Shown: positions 45,616 through 61,900 of the stretch, one piece after another
Numbering within the stretch: position 1 is the first letter of the stretch
Layout of the letters: every line of letters begins with the position of its first letter
Assembly (NCBI GenBank): GCA_964016885.1
Contig: OZ024742.1
Location: forward strand, 12,028,001 to 12,092,000
DNA: 64,000 bases
Source: Eledone cirrhosa
Taxonomy: Eukaryota
Reading direction: 5' to 3'
Translations under genes and position numbers: made by a program
The notes under the pieces: generated by a model
Seen by the model: the letters and a program-made list of their open reading frames with translations, nothing else
Databases searched by the model: none
Told to the model about the DNA's origin: nothing

Positions 45616-45661
45616 GGGGGGGGGGGGGATATAGACAGAAAGAAAGAAAGAAAAAAAAGAA
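45616..45661. repeat. G13 run followed by a purine-rich (GAAA)n/A tract (a polypyrimidine tract on the minus strand)
   Basis: G run at 45616-45628, then atatagacagaaagaaagaaagaaaaaaaaga. Confidence 0.9.
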
Positions 45662-45723
45662 GCAGTGTACCCACAAAACAGATTACAGACTAAATTACAC
45701 ATACATCTCTCTCACAATCTCTT

Positions 45724-45732
45724 CACACACGT

Positions 45733-45775
<43 letters not shown>

Positions 45776-45951
45776 TATACCCGCACACACACATACTCAC
45801 ACACACATACATACACACACACATACACGCACACATACACATACACACGCACATATATATACACGCACACCCACACACATACACACACACCCACACATAC
45901 ACGCACATACACACGTACATACACACACATACACACACATATACACACACA

Positions 45952-45983
<32 letters not shown>

Positions 45984-46081
45984 TACACACACATATACAC
46001 GCACACACACAGACACATACACATACACACACATACACACACATACAAGCACACACACACACATATATATATGTATATGTA
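45724..46081. repeat. Imperfect (CA)n/(CATA)n microsatellite
   Basis: Read directly. It generates the HT-rich and CV-rich pseudo-ORFs. Confidence 0.97.
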
Positions 46082-47326
46082 CAGGGTGTGAATGGTATTT
46101 GAGGGCAGAATTATGGGTTATTTTAAATCTTATATAACAGAAAAAAACTGTATTCTTATAAAAATAACAAACATTAAGCTAAATTATCAATTTAATAATT
46201 TCATTCAATAAAACCACCATTTAAGCATCAATAACTACCTCTACACGGGGTCGAAATCGTTTGCAATCTTGGTTTAAGTGGTCCTTCTTCCTATCGGACA
46301 TGACTCATGGCGGCTTTCACAGAATCTTTGGTGTTATGGGGGTGTTCATTGCCATTTATCTCAACGATGCTTCATACATAGTAGTCCAGTGGATTGACAT
46401 CTGGAGAATTAGGAGGCCAAATGTTGGGATTGATGAGACATGCAAATTGTCAGCCATCCATTCTTGTGTCATTTGAGTCTTATGTGATGGTGCAGAATCT
46501 TGTTGAAAGACATAAGGCCTTCCATTGCATACACTGTTGATCCAAGGCTTAACAACTTTTTCCAGAACCTCAATATATGCAGCAGCATTCACCCTAAGGC
46601 CTTGTGGAAAAAGGTGAGGAGGCATCACATGTCCTTCATTGCTAACAACACCCCAAACCATGACATTTTCAGGAAATTTTGTGTGCATTACTCTTGGAAC
46701 CTCAGAAGGGTCTGTACATAGCCACCTGTCATTTCTTCTGTTAATTTTCTGGTCCTGGTCAAAGTTTTTCTCATCTGAGAAAAACCAATTCTGATGGATT
46801 TTTAAGTTTGTTCAAAAATCTTTGGGATCTGATTAAACGGCTTTCTTTTGTTTTTTCTGAAATGAATTGGCCTCTCCTCATCGCGTAAGATTTGTATCTG
46901 ATGTCTTCATGCACAACATTTCTGATTGTTTTTTCTGACACCAACATTTTTTTGCAATTGACCTCATTGATTTTCCTGGATTGTCATCAATGTTTTGCTT
47001 AACTTCCTGAATAAATTCAGGTGTCCTGATAGAATCAGAGCATTTGGAATCTTTTTTACGTTTTGATACAGGTAATACGCTTCCATCTTCTTTCTCTAAC
47101 TAACACCGAATCTTGTGGACAAAAGATCTTGCAACTTTCAAAAAACGAGAAATTTCTAAATCTCCATGCTTACCCTTCAAAGCCACAATCACAACATACC
47201 TTTTCATTTCATTAGTAAGTATAGTTATTTTCATTGTTATTTTCTGAAATGGAAGTTCAATAAAAATTTGTCAAATAAAATAATGACTAAAAAATGCATG
47301 TGTCCTAAAATACCGTCCCCACTCTG
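46082..47326 (-). mobile_element. Full-length, decayed Tc1/mariner DNA transposon of the DD37D (maT) type, 1,245 bp
   Basis: Left TIR CAGGGTGTGAATGGTATTTGAGGGCA (46082-46107) matches the reverse complement of 47301-47326, CAGAGTGGGGACGGTATTTTAGGACA, at 20/26 positions. TA flanks both ends (46080-81, 47327-28). A transposase pseudogene lies inside. Confidence 0.95.
46201..47234 (-). pseudogene. DD37D transposase pseudogene
   Basis: Manual translation gives [19 protein letters not shown]...EISRFLKVARSFVHKIR, NPGKSMRSIAKKMLVSEKTIRNVVHEDI (HTH), WFFSDEKNF, VMVWGVVS, FQQDSAPSH, WPPNSPDVNPLDYYV and GGFIE*. The second and third Asp are 37 residues apart once a 1-nt deletion near 46439 is restored. 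There is a premature TAG at 47102-47100, a TGA after LDYYV, and several frameshifts. Confidence 0.94.

Positions 47327-49147
<1,821 letters not shown>

Positions 49148-49182
<35 letters not shown>
49148..49182. repeat. (TA)n microsatellite
   Basis: Read directly. Confidence 0.97.
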
Positions 49183-49186
<4 letters not shown>

Positions 49187-49753
49187 AACATAGGTATCAT
49201 ACACTATTTGTGTCCATTTACCTATGTGGTTGTGTGTATAATTTATCTGAATACAAGTTTATGCAAGAAAGCACAAAAGCCTTCGATACGATCACATGCA
49301 CCCTCACTCACTCAGTGCCACACACACTCACATATATATATGTATATCTATATGTATCTATACATATGGTGACTGCCAACTCGTTTTCGAGTACGGCCAC
49401 TACTTTATATCCATGTAGGAGAACCCCTACCGATACGCTGAACGAGTGTGACTTTTTTGTCCAGCCAGCGACTTGAAAACTCTGGTACAAACACTACACC
49501 TGTGACAATTATTGACACATAGTGCTGGGCCCATGGTACCATGTGACGACAAGTGCAGAGAGATCTCCAGATATAAAGCAATGCCTGTGCCGTGAAGCTT
49601 TTATAGTGAGCAAAGGCACTGCACATATATATGTATATAAACACACACACAAACACACACTCGCACACAACAAACATATACATGCACACATTTTACAAAG
49701 ACACAGCAACAAGATAGATATGATGTATATAAATCTCTCACTCCGTCTCCTTG

Positions 49754-49759
49754 TCTCTG

Positions 49760-49858
<99 letters not shown>

Positions 49859-49878
49859 TGAGAGGGAGAGAGAGAGAG
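49754..49878. repeat. Compound (CT)10(AT)12(AG)n microsatellite
   Basis: (CT)10 at 49761-49780, (AT)12 at 49781-49804, and an interrupted (AG)n tract to about 49878. Confidence 0.96.
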
Positions 49879-49928
49879 AATGATAAAGAGTGTGGAAGAG
49901 AGATTGTGTTCACAATATATAAATGCCT

Positions 49929-52900
49929 TTATACGTCCATACAACTATTATACGTCCATACAACTATTATACGGCCATACAACTATCATACGGCCAAACA
50001 ACTATTATACATCCATACAACTATTATACATCTATACAACTATTATACATCTATACAACTTTTATACATCCATACAACTATTATACATCCATACAACTAT
50101 AATACATACATACAACTATTATACATCCATACAACTATTATACATCTATACAACTATTATACATCCATACAACTATTATACATCCATACAACTATTATAC
50201 ATCCATACAACTATTATACATCCATACAACTATTATACATCCATACAACTATTATACATCCATACAACTATTATACATCTATACAACTATTATACATCCA
50301 TACAACTATTATACATCCATACAACTATTATACAACCATACAACTATTATACATCCATACAACTATTATACGTCTATACAACTATTATACATCCATAAAA
50401 CTATTATACATCCATACAACTATTATACATCCATACACCTATTATACATCCATACAACTATTATACATCCATACAACTATTATACGTCCATACAACTATT
50501 ATACATCTATACAACTATTATACATCCATACAACTATTATACGTCCATACAACTATTATACATCTATACAACTATTATACATCCATACAACTATTATACA
50601 TCTATACAACTATTATACGTCTATACAACTATTATACATCCATAAAACTATTATACATCCATACAACTATTATACGTCCATACAACTATTATACATCCAT
50701 ACAACTATTATACATCGATACAACTATTATACGTCTCTACAACTATTATACATCCATAAAACTAGTATACATTCATACAACTATTATACATCTATACAAC
50801 TATTATACATCCATACAACTATTATACATCCATACAACTATTATACATCTATACAACTATTATACATCCATACAACTATTATACGTCCATACAACTATTA
50901 TACATCATACAACTATTATACAACCATACAACTATTATACATCTATACAACTATTATACATCCATACAACTATTATACGTCCATACAACTATTATACATC
51001 CATACACCTATTATACATCCATACAACTATTATACATCCATACAACTATTATACGTCCATACAACTATTATACATCTATACAACTATTATACATCCATAC
51101 AACTATTATACGTCCATACAACTATTATACATCTATACAACTATTATACATCCATACAACTATTATACATCCATACAACTATTATACATCCATACAACTA
51201 TTATACATCCATACAACTATTATACATCCATACAACTATTATACATCTATACAACTAGTATACATCCATACAACTATTATACATCCATACAACTATTATA
51301 CGTCCATACAACTATTATACATCTATACAACTATTATACATCCATACAACTATTATACATCCATACAACTATTATACATCCATACAACTATTATACATCT
51401 ATACAACTATTATACATCCATACAACTATTATACATCCATACAACTATTATACATCCATACAACTATTATACGTCTATACAACTAGTATACATCCATACA
51501 ACTATTAGACATCCACACAACTATTATACGTCCATACAACTATTAAATATCTATACAAATATTATACATCCATACAACTATTATACATCCATACAACTAT
51601 TATACATCTATACAACTATTATACATCCATACAACTATTATACATCCATACAACTTTTATACATCCATACAAATATTATACATCCATACAACTATTATAC
51701 ATCCATACAACTATTATACGGCCATGCAACTATTATACATCCATACAACTATTATACATCCATACAACTATTATACGTCCATACAACTATTATACGTCTC
51801 TACAACTATTATACATCCATACAACTATTATACATCCATACAACTATTATACATCCATACACCTCTTATACATCCATACAACTATTATAAGTCTATACAA
51901 CTATACATACATCCATACAACTATTATACATCCATACAACTATTATACATCCATACAACTATTATACATCCATACAACTATTATACGTCTATACAACTAG
52001 TATACATCCATACAACTATTATACGTACATACAACTATTATACATCCATACATCTATTATACGTCCATACAACTATTATACGTACATACAACTTTTATAC
52101 ATCCATACAACTATTATACATCCATACAACTATTATACATCCATACAACTATTATACATCCATACAACTATTAGACATCCATACAACTATTATACATCCA
52201 TACAACTTTTATACATCCATACAACTATTATACATCCATACAACTATTATACATCCATACAACTATTATCCATCTATACAACTATTATACATCTATACAA
52301 CTATTATACATCCATACAACTAATATACATCCATACAACTATTATACGGCCATACAACTATTATACATCCATACAACTATTATCCATCTATACAACTATT
52401 ATACATCCATACAACTATTATACATCCATACAACTATTATACATCCATACAACTATTACACACCCATACAACTATTATACTTTCATACCACTGTTATACA
52501 ACCATACAACTATTATACATCCATACAAATATTATACATCCGTACAACTATTATACATCCATACAACTATTATACATCCATACAACTATTATACATCCAT
52601 ACAACTATTATACATCCATACAACTATTATACATCCATACAACTATTATACGTCTATACAACTATTATACATCCATACAACTATTATACATCCATACAAC
52701 TATAATACATCCATACAACTATTATACATCCATACAACTATTATACATCCATACAACTATTATACATCCATACAACTATTATACATCCATACAACTATTA
52801 TACGTCCATACAACTATTATACATCCATACAACTATTATACATCCATACAACTAATATACGTCTCTACAACTATTATACGTCTCTACAACTATTATACAT

Positions 52901-55900
52901 CCATACAAATATTATACGTCCATACAACTATTATACAACCATACAACTATTATACATCCATACAACTATTATACATTCATACAACTATTATACATACATA
53001 CAACTATTATACATCCATACAAATATTATACATCCATACAACTATACATACATCCATATAACTATTATACATACAAACAACTATTATACATCTATACAAC
53101 AATTATACATCCATACAACTATTATACGTCCATACAACTATTATACATCCATAAAACTATTATACAACAATACAACTATTATACATCTATACAACTATTA
53201 TACATCCATACAACTATTATACATCCATACAACTATTATACATCCATACAACTATTATACATCCATACAACTATTAGACATCCATACAACTATTATACAT
53301 CCATACAACTATTATACATCCATACAACTATTATACATCCATACAACTATTATACATCCATACAACTATTATACGGCCATTCAACTATTATACATCTATA
53401 CCACTATTATACGGCCATACAACTATTATACATCTATAGAACTATTATACGTCCATACAACTAATATACATCCATACAACTATTATACATCCATACAACT
53501 ATTATACATCCATACAACTATTATACATCTATACAACTATTATACATCCATACAACTATAATACATCCATACAACTATTATACATCCATACAACTATTAT
53601 ACGGCCACACAACTATTATACATCCATACAACTATTATACATCCATACAACTATTATACGTCCATACAACTATTAAATGTCAATACAACTATTATACATC
53701 CATACAACTATTATACATCCATACAACTATTATACATCCATACAACTATTATACATCTATACAACTATTATACGGCCATACAACTATTATACATCCATAC
53801 AACTATTATACATCCATACGACTATTATACGTCCATACAACTATTATACATCCATACAACTATTATACATCCATACAACTATTATACATCCATACAACTA
53901 TTATACATCTATACAACTATTATACATCCATACAACTATTATACATCCATATAACTATTATACGTCTATACAAATATTATACATCCATACAACTATTATA
54001 CATCCATACAACTATTATACATCCATACAACTATTATACATCCATATAACTATTATACATCCATACAAATATTATACAACCATACAACTATTATACATCC
54101 ATACAACTATTATACGTCTATACAACTATTATACATCCATACAACTATTATACATCCATACAACTATTATACATCCATATAACTATTATACATCCATACA
54201 ACTATTATACATCTATACTACTATTATACATCCATACAACTATTATACATCCATACAACTATTATACGACCATACAACTATTATACATCCATACAACTAT
54301 TATACATCTATACAACTAGTATACATCCATACAACTATAATACATCCATACAACTATTATACGGCCATTCAACTATTATACATCTATACCACTATTATAC
54401 GGCCATACAACTATTATACATCCATACAACTATTATACATCTATAGAACTATTATACGTCCATACAACTAATATACATCCATACAACTATTATACATCCA
54501 TACAACTATTATACATCTATAGAACTATTATACGTCCATACAACTAATATACATCCATACAACTATTATACATCCATACAACTATTATACATCCATACAA
54601 CTATTATACATCCATACAACTATTATACGTCCATACAACTATTATACATCCATACAACTATTATACATCCATACAACTATTATACATCCATACAACTATT
54701 ATACATCCATACAACTATTATACATCTATACAACTATTATACATCCATACATCTATTATACATCCATACAACTATTATACGGCCACACAACTATTATACA
54801 TCCATACAACTATTATACATCCATACAACTATTATACGTCCATACAACTATTAAATGTCAATACAACTATTATACATCCATACAACTATTATACATCCAT
54901 ACAACTATTATACATCTATACAACTATTATACGGCCATACAACTATTATACATCCATACAACTATTATACATCCATACGACTATTATACGTCCATACAAC
55001 TATTATACATCCATACAACTATTATACATCCATACAACTATTATACGTCCATACAACTATTAAATGTCTATACAAATTTTATACATCCATACAACTATTA
55101 TACATCCATACAACTATTATACATCTATACAACTATTATACATCCATACAACTATTATACATCCATACAACTTTTATACATCCATACAAATATTATACAT
55201 CCATACAACTATTATACATCCATACAACTATTATACGTCCATACAACTATTATACGTCTCTACAACTATTATACATCCATACAACTATTATACATCCATA
55301 CAACTATTATACATCCATACACCTCTTATACATCCATACAACTATTATAAGTCTATACAACTATACATACATCCATACAACTATTATACATCCATACAAC
55401 TATTATACATCCATACAACTATTATACATCCATACAACTATTATACGTCTATACAACTAGTATACATCCATACAACTATTATACGTACATACAACTATTA
55501 TACATCCATACAACTATTATACGTACATACAACTTTTATACATCCATACAACTATTATACATCCATACAACTATTATACATCCATACAACTATTATATAT
55601 CCATACAACTATTAGACATCCATACAACTATTATACATCCATGCAACTTTTATACATCCATACAACTATTATACATCCATACAACTATTATACATCCATA
55701 CAACTATTATCCATCTATACAACTATTATACATCTATACAACTATTATACATCCATACAACTATTATACATCCATACAACTATTATACGGCCATACAACT
55801 ATTATACATCCATACAACTATTATCCATCTATACAACTATTATACATCCATACAACTATTATACATCCATACAACTATTATACATCCATACAACTATTAC

Positions 55901-58900
55901 ACACCCATACAACTATTATACTTTCATACAACTATTATACATCCATACAACTATTATACTTTCATACAACTGTTATACAACCATACAACTATTATACATC
56001 CATACAAATATTATACATCCGTACAACTATTATACATCCATACAACTATTATACATCCATACAACTATTATACATCCATACAACTATTATACATCCATAC
56101 AACTATTATACGTCTCTACAACTATTATACATCCATACAACTATTATACATCCATACAACTATTATACATCCATACAACTATTATACATCCATACAACTA
56201 TTATACATCCATACAACTATTATACGTCTATACAACTATTATACATCCATACAACTATTATACATCCATACAACTATTATACATCCATACAACTATTATA
56301 CATCCATACAACTATTATACATCCATACAACTATTATACATCCATACAACTATTATACATCCATACAACTATTATACGTCCATACAACTATTATACATCC
56401 ATACAACTATTATACATCCATACAACTAATATACGTCTCTACAACTATTATACGTCTCTACAACTATTATACATCCATACAAATATTATACGTCCATACA
56501 ACTATTATACAACCATACAACTATTATACAACCATACAACTATTATACATTCATACAACTATTATACATACATACAACTATAATACATCCATACAACTAT
56601 TAGACATCCATACAACTATTAGACATCCATACAACTATTAGACATCCATACAACTATTATAAGTCTATACAACTATACATACATCCATATAACTATTATA
56701 CATACAAACAACTATTATACATCTATACAACAATTATACATCCATACAACTATTATACGTCCATACAACTATTATACATCCATAAAACTATTATACAACA
56801 ATACAACTATTATACATCTATACAACTATTATACATCCATACAACTATTATACATCCATACAACTATTATACATCCATACAACTATTATACATCCATACA
56901 ACTATTAGACATCCATACAACTATTAGACATCCATACAACTATTATACATCCATACAACTATTATACATCCATACAACTATTATACATCCATACAACTAT
57001 TATACGGCCATTCAACTATTATACATCTATAGAACTATTATACGTCCATACAACTAATATACATCCATACAACTATTATACATCCATACAACTATTATAC
57101 ATCCATACAACTATTATACATCCATACAACTATTATACGTCCATACAACTATTATACATCCATACAACTATTATACATCCATACAACTATTATACATCCA
57201 TACAACTATTATACATCCATACAACTATTATACATCTATACAACTATTATACATCCATACATCTATTATACATCCATACAACTATTATACGGCCACACAA
57301 CTATTATACATCCATACAACTATTATACATCCATACAACTATTATACGTCCATACAACTATTAAATGTCAATACAACTATTATACATCCATACAACTATT
57401 ATACATCCATACAACTATTATACATCCATACAACTATTATACATCTATACAACTATTATACGGCCATACAACTATTATACATCCATACAACTATTATACA
57501 TCCATACGACTATTATACGTCCATACAACTATTATACATCCATACAACTATTATACATCCATACAACTATTATACATCCATACAACTATTATACATCTAT
57601 ACAACTATTATACATCCATACAACTATTATACATCCATATAACTATTATACGTCTATACAAATATTATACATCCATACAACTATTATACATCCATACAAC
57701 TATTATACATCCATACAACTATTATACATCCATATAACTATTATACATCCATACAAATATTATACAACCATACAACTATTATACATCCATACAACTATTA
57801 TACGTCTATACAACTATTATACATCCATACAACTATTATACATCCATACAACTATTATACATCCATACAACTATTATACGTCTATACAACTATACATACA
57901 TCCATACACCTATTATACATCCATACAACTATTATACATCTATACTACTATTATACATCCATACAACTATTATACATCCATACAACTATTATACGACCAT
58001 ACAACTATTATACATCCATACAACTATTATACATCTATACAACTAGTATACATCCATACAACTATAATACATCCATACAACTATTATACGGCCATTCAAC
58101 TATTATACATCTATACCAATATTATACGGCCATACAACTATTATACATCCATACAACTATTATACATCTATAGAACTATTATACGTCCATACAACTAATA
58201 TACATCCATACAACTATTATACATCCATACAACTATTATACATCTATAGAACTATTATACGTCCATACAACTAATATACATCCATACAACTATTATACAT
58301 CCATACAACTATTATACATCCATACAACTATTATACATCCATACAACTATTATACGTCCATACAACTATTATACATCCATACAACTATTATACATCCATA
58401 CAACTATTATACATCCATACAACTATTATACATCCATACAACTATTATACATCTATACAACTATTATACATCCATACATCTATTATACATCCATACAACT
58501 ATTATACGGCCACACAACTATTATACATCCATACAACTATTATACATCCATACAACTATTATACGTCCATACAACTATTAAATGTCTATACAAATTTTAT
58601 ACATCCATACAACTATTATACATCCATACAACTATTATACATCTATACAACTATTATACGGCCATACAACTATTATACGTCCATACAACTATTATACATC
58701 CATACAACTATTATACATCCATACAACTATTATACGTCCATACAACTATTAAATGTCTATACAAATTTTATACATCCATACAACTATTATACATCCATAC
58801 AACTATTATACATCTATACAACTATTATACATCCATACAACTATTATACATCCATACAACTTTTATACATCCATACAAATATTATACATCCATACAACTA

Positions 58901-61900
58901 TTATACATCCATACAACTATTATACGTCCATACAACTATTATACGTCTCTACAACTATTATACATCCATACAACTATTATACATCCATACAACTATTATA
59001 CATCCATACACCTCTTATACATCCATACAACTATTATAAGTCTATACAATATATACATACATCCATACAACTATTATACATCCATACAACTATTATACAT
59101 CCATACAACTATTATACATCCATACAACTATTATACGTCTATACAACTAGTATACATCCATACAACTATTATACGTCCATACAACTATTATACATCCATA
59201 CATCTATTATACGTCCATACAACTATTATACGTACATACAACTTTTATACATCCATACAACTATTATACATCCATACAACTATTATACATCCATACAACT
59301 ATTATACATCCATACAACTATTATACATCCATACAACTATTAGACATCCATACAACTATTATACATCCATACAACTTTTATACATCCATACAACTATTAT
59401 ACATCCATACAACTATTATACATCCATACAACTATTATCCATCTATACAACTATTATACATCTATACAACTATTATACATCCATACAACTATTATACATC
59501 CATACAACTATTATACGGCCATACAACTATTATACATCTATACAACTATTATACATCCATACAACTATTATACATCCATACAACTATTATACATCCATAC
59601 AACTATTACACACCCATACAACTATTATACTTTCATACCACTGTTATACAACCATACAACTATTATACATCCATACAAATATTATACATCCGTACAACTA
59701 TTATACATCCATACAACTATTATACATCCATACAACTATTATACATCCATACAACTATTATACGTCTCTACAACTATTATACATCCATACAACTATTATA
59801 CATCCATACAACTATTATACATCCATACAACTATTATACATCCATACAACTATTATACGTCCATACAACTAATATACATCCATACAACTATTATACATCC
59901 ATACAACTATTATACATCTATAGAACTATTATACGTCCATACAACTAATATACATCCATACAACTATTATACATCCATACAACTATTATACATCCATACA
60001 ACTATTATACATCCATACAACTATTATACGTCCATACAACTATTATACATCCATACAACTATTATACATCCATACAACTATTATACATCCATACAACTAT
60101 TATACATCCATACAACTATTATACATCTATACAACTATTATACATCCATACATCTATTATACATCCATACAACTATTATACGGCCACACAACTATTATAC
60201 ATCCATACAACTATTATACATCCATACAACTATTATACGTCCATACAACTATTAAATGTCAATACAACTATTATACATCCATACAACTATTATACATCCA
60301 TACAACTATTATACATCTATACAACTATTATACATCCATACATCTATTATACATCCATACAACTATTATACGGCCACACAACTATTATACATCCATACAA
60401 CTATTATACATCCATACAACTATTATACGTCCATACAACTATTAAATGTCAATACAACTATTATACATCCATACAACTATTATACATCCATACAACTATT
60501 ATACATCCATACAACTATTATACGTCCATACAACTATTATACATCTATACAACTATTATACGGCCATACAACTATTATACATCCATACAACTATTATACA
60601 TCCATACGACTATTATACGTCCATACAACTATTATACATCCATACAACTATTATACATCCATACAACTATTATACGTCCATACAACTATTAAATGTCTAT
60701 ACAAATATTATACATCCATACAACTATTATACATCCATACAACTATTATACATCTATACAACTATTATACATCCATACAACTATTATACATCCATACAAC
60801 TTTTATACATCCATACAAATATTATACATCCATACAACTATTATACATCCATACAACTATTATACGTCCATACAACTATTATACGTCTCTACAACTATTA
60901 TACATCCATACAACTATTATACATCCATACAACTATTATACATCCATACACCTCTTATACATCCATACAACTATTATAAGTCTATACAATATATACATAC
61001 ATCCATACAACTATTATACATCCATACAACTATTATACATCCATACAAATATTATACATCCATACAACTATTATACGTCTATACAACTAGTATACATCCA
61101 TACAACTATTATACGGCCATACAACTATTATACATCCATACATCTATTATACGTCCATACAACTATTATACGTACATACAACTTTTATACATCCATACAA
61201 CTATTATACATCCATACAACTATTATACATCCATACAACTATTATACATCCATACAACTATTATACATCCATACAACTATTAGACATCCATACAACTATT
61301 ATACATCCATACAACTTTTATACATCCATACAACTATTATACATCCATACAACTATTATACATCCATACAACTATTATACGGCCATACAACTATTATACA
61401 TCTATACAACTATTATACATCCATACAACTATTATACATCCATACAACTATTATACATCCATACAACTATTACACACCCATACAACTATTATACTTTCAT
61501 ACCACTGTTATACAACCATACAACTATTATACATCCATACAAATATTATACATCCGTACAACTATTATACATCCATACAACTATTATACATCCATACAAC
61601 TATTATACATCCATACAACTATTATACGTCTCTACAACTATTATACATCCATACAACTATTATACATCCATACAACTATTATACATCCATACAACTATTA
61701 TACGTCTATACAACTATTATACATCCATACAACTATTATACATCTCTACAACTATTATACATCCATACAACTATTATACATCCATACAACTATTATACAT
61801 CCATACAACTATTATACGTCCATACAACTATTATACATCCATACAACTATTATACATCCATACAACTAATATACGTCTCTACAACTATTATACGACTCTA

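Noticed and set aside
45665-46102. HT-rich and CV-rich ORFs
   Set aside because: They are translations of the (CA)n microsatellite.
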